From Octopus sinensis (taxonomy: Eukaryota), in NCBI RefSeq assembly GCF_006345805.1, contig NC_042998.1, forward strand, positions 173,290,001-173,354,000: a DNA stretch of 64,000 bases. The letters are read 5' to 3'. The position numbers and the translations under genes are program-made. Each line of letters starts with the position of its first letter. Positions within the stretch are counted from its first letter, which is position 1. This document shows, piece by piece, positions 26,496 through 40,324 of this stretch. Below the pieces are notes generated by a model. That model saw nothing but the letters and a program-made list of their open reading frames with translations. It did no database searches and had not been told where the DNA came from.

Positions 26496-27047
26496 ACATA
26501 TATATGTATCTGCGCTCTCACACACACACACACATATTTAATTACAGGAGACCTAAGAAAGATCGAAGTTTATCAAAGTGTAGTACGCCAAAAATGAAGT
26601 CGAGAGAATTATGCAAAACTGACAGTCAAGTAATACTTTATCATGGCAGAGAATGCGTCTATGAACGGAAGTTCACAGTATTCCACGAATCCAACAGTAT
26701 ACAAAAATATCTAAATGTAACCAACGAGAAGTAGAACCTTAAGCGTGACACAAAAACCTAATTAAAATTAACTAGTATTGCTTTGTAAAGAGACTTCATT
26801 GTGACATAAGTATAGAACGACCAGGTATCCAGTATGCAATACATCCATAGAATATGTAATAGGTTTTTCGACTCTCACCTCATCAAGCTTGTTTATTTGA
26901 TGAGCCAGATGAGTTGTGAGTTGCGTAACATATTACGTAATCATATTGATGATTTGCATAATTCATTCCTCTCTGTATTATGGTTACGTCAAGATAAAGA
27001 CTCTTAGCGAAACAATTTTAGCAATACCGGATAAGCCATATCTATTA

Positions 27048-27084
<37 letters not shown>

Positions 27085-27085
<1 letters not shown>

Positions 27086-27953
27086 GTATCAGGATTGTTG
27101 TTATTGCAACAAAGCTAAAGCACGCAGAATAAAGCCACTTCGCACAGATTGACCACAAAATCTGCTGTGCATGCGCACTAGGTTTTAACGATCTAGATCA
27201 CTTCTGCTGTTTACAGCAGTGCTCCGAAGGAACGTGTGTAGCGTGTGTTCGACACATTGACAATGTCAGAGTAAGTTGAGCAGAAAATCTGCATCAAACT
27301 TTGCCAAAACCATGGTGATACCTGCTCAATGGCCTACGCAAAGCTTTCAAAACGTTTTCATCGTTCTCGACACAATCAAAGAGATCTTGTGCAACTGAAG
27401 CTCGTGTGGTATTTTGGTCAGCTGAAAGCAGTTTGGGCACAAACTTGACAGACACGCGTCCCATACCCAAATCTTCAGTGATAACAGACTGAATTGAACC
27501 GTAACTAATCTGCATATCCTCTGATATCTCACGAAAGGTGTTTCAACTATTTCCCCTTTCAGTTGCACACACATTTGAAATGTTTTTCTCAGTTCTGCTG
27601 GTTATGAGTCTCCCAATACGTTCGTCAATATCAACCTTTTTCGGCCATCTTGGAAACGTATGAACCACTCGCACACTTGTGTGCGCCTCATAAATTCCGC
27701 TTCATAGACTTTCTGCAAATTTGCGTAAGCCTCTGAGATATCGGCATGGCACCATTCTTTGTCATGGTCAATGGCACGATCACACGCTACACACCTTCCT
27801 TTCAAGCACTGCTGTAAACAGCAGAAGGGAGCTAGAACATTAAAACTTGGTGCGCCTGCACAGCAGAGTTTATGGTCAATCTGTGCCAAACGGCTTCACT
27901 CTGTTTTATCTTTGTTACTATGGTAGCAGTCCGGATACTTACTGATCGAACCT
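27085..27953. mobile_element. Mariner-derived foldback element built from two 5' ends
   Basis: ~200-bp inverted arms (GCACAGATTGACC..CTGCTGTG..CTGCTGTTTACAGCAGTGCT). Minus-strand transposase N-terminal remnants EAYANLQKVY..TQVCEWFIRFQDGR and SIQSVITEDLGMGRVSVKFVPKLL; plus-strand EQKICIKLC start in the left arm. Confidence 0.8.
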
Positions 27954-27975
27954 AGTATATATATTCGTATTTTTG

Positions 27976-28028
<53 letters not shown>

Positions 28029-28882
28029 CGCGTGTGTGTGGAAATGCATATATGGGACTATTGCATATTTGATAGTATATAGGATAGCAAATTAGTAAAA
28101 TAATAAGGTCAATAGGAAAAAGAATGCGAGATTTTACCTTTCGATATTGAATTCTGTTTGAAAAATTACTGATATTTGTCAGCAGCAAATCTTTGATTAC
28201 CCGAGGTTATTTTTAATTTACTTACTCCTCGTCAATACTCATTCTTCCAGTGCTCTTATAATGTACGATTCTGTGTGTGTGTGTGCGTGCGTGCGTGTGA
28301 GAGAGAGAGAGAGAGAGAGAAAAAGAGAGAGAGAGATAAGGAGAGACAAAGAAAGAGAGTGTGTGTGTGTGTGTTTATGCGTTTGTATATTTTCTTGTCT
28401 TTGTATGCACGTTTGTGCGTATATGAATGTGCGTACGGTCATGAATGACAGAAGGGAAGCCACATAGTGATGATTTTGAAGCTACTTGCACATATTTTAG
28501 TACTGAATTCACGTGTTTTGCTGTTAATGTATTCTTCAATAATCCCTCCCTCAAACGTGACTACTGAATAAATATCTTTCTGTACTTCCCTTACATTTGT
28601 ATGACTCGAAGATTGTGTCATTTATAACTACATTAACATAATTTTCGCTATTTTATTTCTTGGTCTACGTATTTCGCATATGAAGAGAGTGAACTGAATG
28701 TTTTCACATGATTTCTTCGGATATATTTGACATCTTGATATTCACGATTTATTCAAGTTATCTAGACAGTATTTTCACTCATCTCAGCAACTGAATAGGA
28801 AGCGCATACCAATGTATTTCAAGGGTCCTTAATAATTCCTCGTACGATGTGCAAGCTTCCATTCATTACAGCAACTATAATA

Positions 28883-29442
28883 TTGGGTTTTCCGGAAAGT
28901 TCGTGCCGATTTATAGCAGCTTACATTTCGACATATTTTAGAACATGGTTGAGTCCATAAAATAGGATTTTACTGCATCTCCATTTAGCGCACAGTTTAA
29001 GCTATCTTTTCATGGAAGAAGGTTTATGTTCCTATAACCTGTGTTAAATCTGTAACCCTTTAAAATGGAAAATAAGAAAGTTCATTTTCGGTACTTGATG
29101 CTTTGGGAACCAGACAAAAATTGATGTAGCTCGGCTGGTATGTGTTAACCCACCCTCCATATTCACCAAATATTGCTCCTTCGGATTTCCACTTATTCTC
29201 TGCAGAATAGTCTTAATAGTAAAAATTTCAATTCCTTGGATGACGTAAAAAGATACCTTGATGAATTCTTTGCCCGAAACCACCTCAAGTCTGGGAAGTG
29301 GGCATTTTCAAGTTAAAGGAAAGTTGGAGACGCATTGTACAACAAAATGGTTCATATTTGGTTGATTAAAGATGTAATGGCAAGTATTTACTGACCTTTT
29401 TCTTTCCTTTAAAAATCGGCACGAACTTTCCGGACAACCCAA
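28883..29442 (+). mobile_element. Internally deleted mariner with intact TIRs and TA target duplication
   Basis: TA-TTGGGTTTTCCGGAAAGTTCGTGCCGATTT ... AAATCGGCACGAACTTTCCGGACAACCCAA-TA. The MENKKVHFRYLMLWE start is joined directly to the C-terminal HPPYSPNIAPSDFHLF region. Confidence 0.92.
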
Positions 29443-29829
29443 TATATGTGCAATAACAGACTGAATGTCAAAGATTGTAGTTTAATTAGGAGATGGAGAA
29501 AAATGCAGAACTATATTTAAAGCGAGGATGCAAACAAAAGAATTAGAAACTAAACCGATATTTGCAAGTGAATTACGACCTGTCCGCTATTTCCTGCCAT
29601 TCTCATGTGTATACATATTCAGGCGCGCACATACTTATGGCCACAATAGGTGTTGGTGGTCCCCACCCCCACAGCAAGTTCACTGCACCCTTTTTATTGA
29701 TTTTAATGCATATTGATTATTGATTATTGATTTGGACCAGCCGCTTAGCAGTCTGTTCATTATCACACACGCGCGCACACGCACACATATGCATGTACGT
29801 ATGTACATACGTATTCATGTGTATCTGTG

Positions 29830-30471
<642 letters not shown>

Positions 30472-31284
30472 ATGCAAAGAAGTCTAATTCGGAATTATGA
30501 TCAAATGATCGGAGTGCTGTTGAGCAGACCTAAGTTTATGATTTCCTTATTATTTCACTGTTGACATACGTACATAAAAGACCGTTCTTTTTGCAATTTT
30601 CTTAGTTTATTCAATTATCACATCCTTGTGAAAATATTTGGAACATTTTCTATGATTTATTCTGTCAATATAATGTGTCTCAAACTGATCTCCAAGGCTT
30701 TTATATAATATATTTATGACCAAATGATGGACATGTTTTTGTCTAAGTGCTAGCTTGGCGCAGTACGACGTGTCAGTTGTGTTATATTTCCTTAACTAAT
30801 AATTTATATATGTGACAGTTCAGGCAATTCCAGCTGCAAGAAACCAATATATTTACGATGAATTACGTGTGGTAGAATTAATCTTCAGGGCAGAAAAACT
30901 CAATAATATTAATGATGATAAACAAATTTTCTGATTTTGATTATTTTTTAACGATTATTCATAGTTAAATCAAATTGATAAAGCCATTGGAAACATCTGA
31001 TTAAAATAAGATTTCGTTTTCTATTCAACAATATACATTTAGTTTCACAAGTTGAATATCAATACCATGATCCTAGATCAGTTTTGAACAATGATAACTT
31101 TAATCAAAGGCTTTCTAGTGGCAACCATTTCATCTTTTACAAGCAACGGTGCATCCACGTTATCAAACACAGGTCTTCATTTCACTGATAATTTCTCAGA
31201 AGACGAGTGATCGTGTGTGATCCACTCGTTGGTTTGACTACACTGTATTATATGAAATATTGGTTTCATATTTGGTCACAAGGT

Positions 31285-31450
31285 CAGCAAATGAATATTG
31301 AGTCGATTACATCGACTCCAGGCTCATTTGGTATTTGTTTTGTTCACCCCAAAAGAATGAATGGCAAACCCAACCTCGGTGGAATCTGAACTCAGAACGT
31401 AAAGACGGACAAAATGCCGCTAAGCATTTTGTCCGCCGGGATAACTATTC
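31285..31450 (-). mobile_element. SINE family 1 copy
   Basis: CAACCTCGGTGGAATCTGAACTCAGAACGTAAAGACGGAC. Confidence 0.8.
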
Positions 31451-31999
31451 TACCGAATCGCCACCTCAGTGTTATGAAAAATTAAAAAATTAGATGAATC
31501 AATAGACAGCAGACAGCGATAACCGAAGAGAAGAATTCACGCCTGTTTGTTTGACCTGCTAAAATTAATAAACAAAATTCTCTTAAATTAAATGATGGCA
31601 ACATAAAAGAACATTTGATAATGAGGTTCGAGATTCATTAGCTAGAACATATTTGATCGTTAGTTTGCTTAGTCAGGGATAACCTGGAACCAACCAAGCA
31701 GTTGGTGCTTGATGACTTGTAACCCAACGGGTTTGCAGTTTGTTACTTGTTAACACAGAATTTCTATTGGTTCAATTCTACTGCTGGTGCATAAGTGCCA
31801 TAAAATATTAGCAGTCTGAATATATAGCACATTATTTTACTTTGTGTTTAACAACAATGAGTTGATAAAGATGTTTCGTATCAGTGGCTTTTGTCCAAAA
31901 TGAAACTGCACAACACATCTTCTCTTTATAACTAGCTGAAACATACTGCTACTATTTTAATGTCACTAAACAACCACTTTAATATCAATTAAATCTCAG

Positions 32000-32127
<128 letters not shown>

Positions 32128-32204
32128 CAGAGAGAGGGAGAGAATAAAATCTGTTTGCCAACGTAGATTGGCAGTCCTGATTAGGACGATGTTATAATCT
32201 TTTA

Positions 32205-32505
32205 GCCTCAGGAAAACATCTTTGCCAGCTTGGCTACCGACGCACAACTGCGTTCTTATGCCTCGATCAACGGAGCTAATATCTCCACTCAGCCTTAAAC
32301 GGCACCTGCGGACCATTGTTTCTGGGTTATTTCGCTTCATCGGCACAGGATAATGGTTGGCTAGAGATTGAGGCACTAGGCCTTGTTCGAGGTATACTCC
32401 CTGTTTTTTAGCTCCAGGTGAGCATCTTTTTCCGGCTGGCTACCGACACACAACTGCGTCCTTATACTTCGAACAAGGGAGCTAATGTCTCCACTCAGCC
32501 GTAAA
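32205..32505. repeat. Two diverged direct copies of a ~100-bp structured motif (about 32205-32300 and 32410-32505)
   Basis: Both copies read GGCTACCGACRCACAACTGCGT.CTTAT...GGAGCTAATRTCTCCACTCAGCC. Confidence 0.85.
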
Positions 32506-32581
32506 CAACTAAATGAATAAATATATATATATGTATGCATGTAAATGTATATGTATGCATGTAAATGTATATGTATGTATG

Positions 32582-32672
<91 letters not shown>

Positions 32673-32689
32673 CTCTCTTTTTTCTCTTT

Positions 32690-33085
32690 ATTTTACTCTT
32701 TTTACTTGTTTCAGTCATTTGACTGCGGCCATGGTGGAGCACCGCCTTTAGTCGAGCAAATCGACCCCGGGACTTATTCTTTTTTGTAAGCCCAGTACTT
32801 ATTCTATCGGTCTCTTTTGCCGAACCGCTAAGTGACGGGGACGTAAACACACCAGCATCGGTTGTCAAGCGATGCTAGGGGGGAACAAACACAGGGGAAC
32901 ACACACTTATATATATATATACATATATACGACAGGCTTCTTTCAGGTTCCGTCTACCAAATCCACTCACAAGGCATTGGTCGGCCCGGGGCTATAGCAG
33001 AAGACACCTGCCCAAGATGCCACGCAGTGGGACTGAACCCGGAACCATGTGGTTGGTTAGCAAGCTACTTACCAAACAGCCACTC
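32690..33085 (-). mobile_element. Full-length SINE family 2 copy
   Basis: Near-consensus reverse complement, from tail to head (..AAACAGCCACTCCT). Confidence 0.9.
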
Positions 33086-33096
33086 CTACATATAAT

Positions 33097-33195
<99 letters not shown>

Positions 33196-34084
33196 AATTG
33201 AGATAGAGGTTGTAAATGCAACCCTCCATGGATAACATATATCCAATATACTGCTAGTGAAGTACCCAACAAAGTTAATACATAAATGTTAAGAATTGCG
33301 ATGCAATTAATTCATTTACTGTATTATATGGCCAAAGGTAATTTATTTTGCGTATATATATATATATATATCATATATATATATATCATATATATATATA
33401 TATATATATAATGCCTGTGTGTATGTGTGTGTATGTATGTATGTATGCCCAAATTTGCGTGAAGGTTTTTCTCCCAACGGAATTCAGAAAATCTTTGCTT
33501 TCTCTCAGTCGATTAAATCAGCGACAAGCAAAATATAAAACATATCGGCATATTGCGAAGAAGAAAATCCTGTATTGTTCTAATTATTGTTCTAATTAAG
33601 AACTTCTATAAAGATTTAACGATGACTAATATGTAGAAACACTTTCCTAAATAATTAAGTCGGAAACAAGAAAGTCTAACAAAATTTTGTGGGGAGAAAC
33701 TATGAAAAGGATCACTGATTGAATATATATTGGTCATTGATTGATAAATACACATCGTAAATGAAAAATAATGAATATATCGAAATACTTGATGCCAGCG
33801 AGGCTGATTAAAAGTCTACAATACTTGAATGGTGATAAGTTATTTTATCAGTCCTTGAAGTATGAAACACAAAAATGAAATTTGTGGAAAATAGACATAA
33901 ATCCATAAATGTAAAGCGTCGTAATTAAACATAGCAAAGCATACTGTCTAGTGTGCTAACCTACTATGCCAATAATTAAAAGACGCTAATACAAACAAAA
34001 ATATAGTAATACAATATGAGAGACGAGATTTTCAATAATTAGATAAACAGGAAGCAAATTTAGGAAGAAAGAAGAAAAAAACAG

Positions 34085-34531
34085 AAGTGAAATAATGGTT
34101 TCAAATTTTGGCAGAAGGCCAGTAACTCCGACGGAAGGGAGGTTCAATTAAACCAGTCCCAATGCTCAACTAGATATTCGTCTTATAGACCTCGGAAGGA
34201 TGAAAGACAAAGTTGATGTCATAGGAATTTGAACTCAGAACGGAAAGGCAAATGAAATACCGCTAACCTATTTCTTTATTCGGCGTGCTAACGTTTCTTA
34301 TTTCTTTATTGCCCACAAAGGGCTAAACATAGAGGGGACAAACAAGGACAGACAACGGGATTAAGTCGATTACATCGACCCCAGTGCGTAACTGGTGCTT
34401 AATTTATCGAGCCCGAAAGGATGAAAGGCAAAATCGACCTCGGCGGAATTTGAACTCAGAACGTAACGGCAGACGAAATACCGCTAAGCATTTCGCCCGG
34501 CGCGCTAACGATTCTGCCAGATCGCCGCCTT
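34085..34531 (-). mobile_element. Two adjacent SINE family 1 copies: an older one at 34085-34300 and a younger one at 34300-34531
   Basis: Repeated GGAATTTGAACTCAGAACG; the young copy ends CTGCCAGATCGCCGCCTT. Confidence 0.88.
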
Positions 34532-36436
34532 AGCAGAGGTGAAATGATATAACTACATAAATAATAATAATGTAAATTAATGTAAATAAATTAATGTAGC
34601 AAACACCAACAAGACGTGTAGTGAGTCAGTAGCACAATTAGATACAGGAAATTTCCTTATCTAAAATTCTAATAGATTCCACTTCTAAATAGATAGAAAG
34701 TTTAATACTATCAGGGGAGTAATAATGTAGGAGGATTCCTAAGGCCGATATGTAATTATATAAAGACTTCTCCCAAAGTAATTTATTTATTTGTTCATAT
34801 TATTTTGTCTTGAGATATCTTCCGCGCATTTTAGTACTGTTTTACATGTTCCCTTCTTTCCCTTGACTGTGTCGACATTATGTCTGGTCTACTGCTATTT
34901 CTAATGTTGTTTCAATAGTATCTGCAATCCTTCTTTCTGCACAGGATTGAAGCACATTTTGAAAATCCAATGCATTATCAACTTGGTTATTTCTCTTGCA
35001 CAATTGTTAGAATGAATGAGGTAACATAGATATATTCCAGTGAAACGTTATTGATTTGAATACGCCCATTCACTTATATATGTTTAATTTAGTTGTATTT
35101 TTTTTTAAATGCCTATTTGTTTGAGTTTAATCAGGTGCTGTAAGTATATTTCTGTAGGATTTTAAAATTCTAGCATTTCAAATTAATTATATCCGCGTTT
35201 TTACAATTTCTTTTTAAAGGTTGAAGCACGTATTCAGATAATATAGCATTCGAATTATTCATGGTATATTACATACACAATTGAAGGATAAGGTTAGAAA
35301 CGTTTCAGCTGAATTCAATAAATGTTAAGTCTTGAACATAAAATAAACATTTAAATAGAAAACTAAATCTGGACATAATTGATATTAAAGCTATAAAAAC
35401 ATCTAAATAATAAATTGGGAGTGAAATTAATTGAAAATATAGGATGAAAAGAAAGAGAAACAACAAATGTCAAAACTGATAATTATAAATTATATTAATT
35501 TGTGAAACAGAGAAAGACCTTTATAGACCGAGTTTTGTTATTAAACAGCTGAAAATATAGTAAGAGAATAATTTAAGTGTGTTGGTGTAAAGTTCAAAGT
35601 CGAAGATGATTTTAATTTAGTAAAAATATAAAGGTTTGACGTTGGATTAGTCTAGTAAGTAATTAACAATTTTGAAACTAAACAACAGGAAGTTTGATTT
35701 GAGTTTTCTTTCAACGGGAGTCAATGGTCAATTCTATTGACACCAAAATACTTCTGTTCTGTGTGAATCAGGCCAATGAAAAAAAAACCAAAAAAACAGA
35801 AAACGTAAGTTTCAAAAAAATATCCACAAACTATTATAGATTCTTGAGCGGAAACGTGAAATCTCCTCATTGTGATTAATACCCGTGGATGCTACATGGA
35901 AATTAACTATCGTTAAATGTCAAAGGTTAAATGACAAACATTTAGAAAACTCGTTACAAATAGCTGTTAATTATTTGAGAGCCCAGCGAAATACCGTTAA
36001 ACAGAGACCATCGAAATGAAGAAAATAGAAGCTTAATTATACGATAACATTGTCAAATAAATTGATCCATGTTCAGGGAATTAATACAGAAATTGGTTAT
36101 TTGTGTTTTTTAATTGCATGAATGAAAGTGAAAGCGAATTAGTGCACGATTGATTATGAAAATAAAAAGAATGAGGACGTTCGAAGATTAAAAAGCGTTC
36201 TTAAAATTTTATTTGAATGTTATGCACATTGTTGCATAGACAGTACTTTTGAAGTATTCATTGAAAAACTGTAGTAGTGCATTTTGTCTTTACCTTCTGT
36301 TATGTGTATAGTATCATTCCTTTATTTTCAGTTTATACATTTATATCTATATTTTAATATTTGAAAGGAAAATAATCAGAAATTGTCAAAACAAAAGAAA
36401 AAGGATTTGTGTTCAGCGAGATATACCCTCACAGAG

Positions 36437-36486
<50 letters not shown>

Positions 36487-36539
36487 GTGGTATAATATTT
36501 GAAGCGAATGTGAAGGTCATTGTTGATGTTCATGAATTT

Positions 36540-36900
36540 TGTAGCTATTAAAATTTCCTGGTATTATCTGATGGCTACGTTCTTAATGGATGATGTTTGT
36601 GAGGTCCGTGTCAAGGAATCAATTTAAATATGCTACGACGTGTCTGAGCTATCTGTTCATGACCTTAGTATTCAGAAGGGTAGAGATGAATGTAGGATGC
36701 TATCATACGCATCGGAGTGAGAGCTGTATGGGCTGATAGTTATCGTTCGTTGCTGAATAGGAAGAAGAGTGTAGGTTACAAATCCAAATCTTGGAACACA
36801 CCAGGCCTGCTGTAGTTTAGAACAATGAAAGCCCCTTTAGTTCATATAATTATAGAAGGAAGTTACCAGCCCAACCTAGAGACCGAGTTCCATATTGAAC
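36540..36900 (-). mobile_element. Possible highly degenerate Penelope-like fragment
   Basis: Minus-strand TLLPIQQRTI..SD..ILHSSLP weakly resembles the PLE segment at 50.9-51.1 kb. Confidence 0.3.
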
Positions 36901-37110
36901 AGTTATCAGAACATTTTTGTCTGAAGGTTCGCATGTAAACTGCATTCGAATGTTTCGCTGATAACTATTTCAGTAACAATGATTTCATAAATTTTCGAAA
37001 GACAAGGCCCAGCGGTAGAGTACACACACGTACACACTCACACCCACATACACACACACACAAATACACACACACACACGCACACATACACAATCAAATG
37101 CACACACGCG

Positions 37111-37320
37111 CGCACACAGAGGCACGCACGCACACAGAGGCACGCACGCACACAGAGGCACGCACGCACACAGAGGCACGCACGCACACAGAGGCACGCA
37201 CGCACACAGAGGCACGCACGCACACAGAGGCACGCACGCACACAGAGGCACGCACGCACACAGAGGCACGCACGCACACAGAGGCACGCACGCACACAGA
37301 GGCACGCACGCACACTGAGG
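37111..37320. repeat. 18-bp minisatellite (GGCACGCACGCACACAGA), about 11-12 copies
   Basis: Perfect tandem units without spacers. Confidence 0.95.
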
Positions 37321-39067
37321 TGAGATATTTAGATAGAGTTTTGTTTGCGACCATTTTGAAAGGGGCACGTTAGAACCAGTAACTCTGCTGTTTTGGACTT
37401 CTCGGAAGTGTTTTCACACAAGACGTATATATGTACATAAGGGTGAACCTGGCGAAACGGAGAAAGATAATTCTGGATAAGATTTACATTGCGTGTATAG
37501 AGTGAACCTCGATGGAATGATATGGTTAAATACGGAAGCTTTCACTGTAATTTACTGCAATTATCGCTTTACCGTATGTAGAGTCATATCTTTTCCTTGA
37601 TATTGAAGTTCTTAAGTTAGTTTCGGTGTATGAAGGTACATCTTACTGTCTGATGTTGTATTGACAAAAATATTTGATTCTGGAACCTCGGATGATTTGC
37701 TCACGGAGTATAGATTATATAAACTTTAACGAAACCCATTTTGCCGACAGCTGGCACTGCACCAGTTAATTGCACAATTTTTATAGTGTAAGCTGCCGTT
37801 AGAAATTGCTAAAACTCGATCGCATAAATAAGGTGAGTGTACGTATGTGGTGTTTGTGTGTTTGTGTGTATTTACACACACACATACACATATATATATA
37901 TACAAACATACATATGTGCGTAGACCATAATGTTTGTGTTTTCTATTCACTTTTAATATTACGTGAATCCACCATTATATAAATATAAGTTCAGACGAAA
38001 ATACAAATAAATGGTAAGAGTAGAAAGAAATAGAAAACTATTTTATTGAGAAATGATTATATATACTTTGATTAAAAGTGACACTAACTTGGCTTTATAC
38101 TGTTTGGATATCGTATAGTTTACTTGCAGGCGGCGAATCGACAGATTCGTTAGAGCGTTAGATTGTCTGCCTTTCAGTATTCATTCCAAATCTCCGGAGA
38201 AATCCCATCCCTACAACACCGCAATTAACTTGGCCTCTTACCACGTAAATTATCTTGGCTTCTTACCACGCAGAGGTATATGAATAGTATATAATGCAAT
38301 ATGTGGATCAATAATTTCTCTCTCTCTCTTTTTCTTCTGCTCTCTATATATATCTATCTCTTTTTCTTTATCGTTCGTTCTTTCTCACTTTATCTCTCTC
38401 TCTCCCTCTCTCGCTTTGTTACTAATTCTATCTGTATTGTACGTGAAAGGTGTCTAGCGTCGTTGCATAAAGTGATCTGGCATGAAAAATGCATCAAAGA
38501 GAAATACTGATGGCCTTCATCGAGAGTTAGGAATATCTTCCCAGTAGTAATAGAACTGAATAACCGACGGTCTTCGGAGAAGTCCCACCAACTACACTCA
38601 AGCAAGAATTGTTATCCTTAACTCCATATAGTCTAGAGTTTCCTCTCAACATCTAGGTCATCTACTGCGGTAGAGTAGGCATGCAATGTTATCTACTTTC
38701 CCCTGTTGCACCAGGTTTGAATTCAGAGGCAAAAGGTTTTATGTAGATCTGAGTCTAAAACGATCCTAAAAAGAGCCATAAAGCTTATGCTATCCCACAT
38801 GAGGCTTTTATGGAGTCCACTCTCCCACATTGTTCATTGGATCCATCTAAGAGGTACAAAAAGGAAGAAGTCAGTCATTTTACTACAGATTTCAAGAACT
38901 CAACTGTCAGTTAAAGACATTTTGCAATCAGATGATTTCTTCGTACGTATGGAAGTGCTAATTGAACTTTATGAAGATTACAAAATATTTAAAATTTTTA
39001 ACAAACTTCAACATTGTAAAAATATTTAAAAAACGTGAAAAGCAGACCATGCTTTAACTCTATTCAA

Positions 39068-39117
<50 letters not shown>

Positions 39118-39118
<1 letters not shown>

Positions 39119-39415
39119 GAGTGAAGGCACATGAGGTTCTGAGTTCGATTCCCGGGATGCCTGTTGTGTTCTTGAGCAAGACACTTTATTTCACGTTGCT
39201 CCAGTTCACTCAGCTGTAGCAATGAGTTGCGATGTCACTGGTGCCAAGCTGTATCGGCCTTTGCCTTGCCCTTGGACAACATCGGCGGCGTGGAGAGGGG
39301 AAGCTGGTATGCTGGGGTGATTGCTGGTCTTCCATAAACAGTCTTGCCCGGACTTGTGCTTTGGAGGGTCACTTTCTAGGCGCAATTCCATGGTAATTCA
39401 TGACCGAAGGGGCTC
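39118..39415 (+). mobile_element. SINE family 5 (tRNA head with internal deletion; GTGTTCTTGAGCAAGACACTT central domain)
   Basis: B box GAGTTCGATTCCC followed by GTTGTGTTCTTGAGCAAGACACTTTATTTCACGTTGCTCCAG. Confidence 0.8.
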
Positions 39416-39449
39416 TATAGATATGTATATCAGCATTTGGGCGCAATAG

Positions 39450-39740
39450 AATACCATAAAGTTAAAATTTTATCATCATCAATTGTGAGTGATGGTGCCG
39501 AAGCACCTACATTGTAAGCAATATGGGTTTAAAACACTTAATGCTCTATGAAGCGCACAATATATATACATCGACAAGGGAGATGACTGCCCCATTAGCG
39601 ACTATAGGATCACTTGACTAGTTAGGACTAGTTTTGCCTAGCGTTATGTGTTTTTTTTTTCGCTATTATTTCTTGCATGATAGGTGCTTCGGCACCTTCA
39701 GTCACAATTGGTGGCGATAAACCTTTTACTTCATGGTATT
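39450..39740. mobile_element. MITE-like element with ~60-bp imperfect inverted arms
   Basis: AATACCATAAAG..AATTGTGAGTGATGGTGCCGAAGCACCTA versus TAGGTGCTTCGGCACCTTCAGTCACAATT..CTTCATGGTATT. Confidence 0.75.
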
Positions 39741-39801
39741 ACATTGCATCTAGCTGTTTATATTATTTCTTAATACTCACATTAGCATTTCGCTAAATCA
39801 G

Positions 39802-39850
<49 letters not shown>

Positions 39851-40165
39851 CGACTATTTGAGTAGTCACTGCTGATAAGCCTATGGCTGACAGGCGAAAC
39901 AAGCCTAGTCCATTTGCCCTAGAGTATAGAGTCGCTCATCGAGTGGTTATCTCATCTCTCAGTGCATATCTGTTGTACGCTTCAGACAGCATTAACAGTT
40001 TTTAACTCTTATTTCTTGCAATCTTAGTACGTCAGCACTTTCATTCAAAATTAGTGTCGATAAGGGAGAGTTTACGAAAAAACAAGAAGAGAAACAAGGA
40101 GAGAAAAACAGGATAGAAAAAATGTGTGTAGTGGCTAACGATCTATCATGGCGACTGAACATATG

Positions 40166-40215
<50 letters not shown>

Positions 40216-40324
40216 TAATTAAAGGACAATAAGAGTAGAGATTAATATTATCTAATTATATCAATTTCAACCAGTGGTCAGCATACTTAAGAACGCAGTG
40301 GTCTCTCCTATTGTTTATAATTAA

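Noticed and set aside
30818-30935. Short open stretch QAIPAARNQYIYDELRVVELIFRAEK after a possible acceptor
   Set aside because: Weak polypyrimidine tract and no recognisable homology.
37111-37320. CRISPR-like regular repeat
   Set aside because: There are no unique spacers and no cas genes, and the context is eukaryotic; it is a simple minisatellite.
38480-38900. Possible CR1 RT remnant (similar weak signal at about 8050-8300 and an R4-like hint at about 34800-35000)
   Set aside because: Motifs are too decayed to call by eye; a RepeatMasker or tBLASTx run would be needed.
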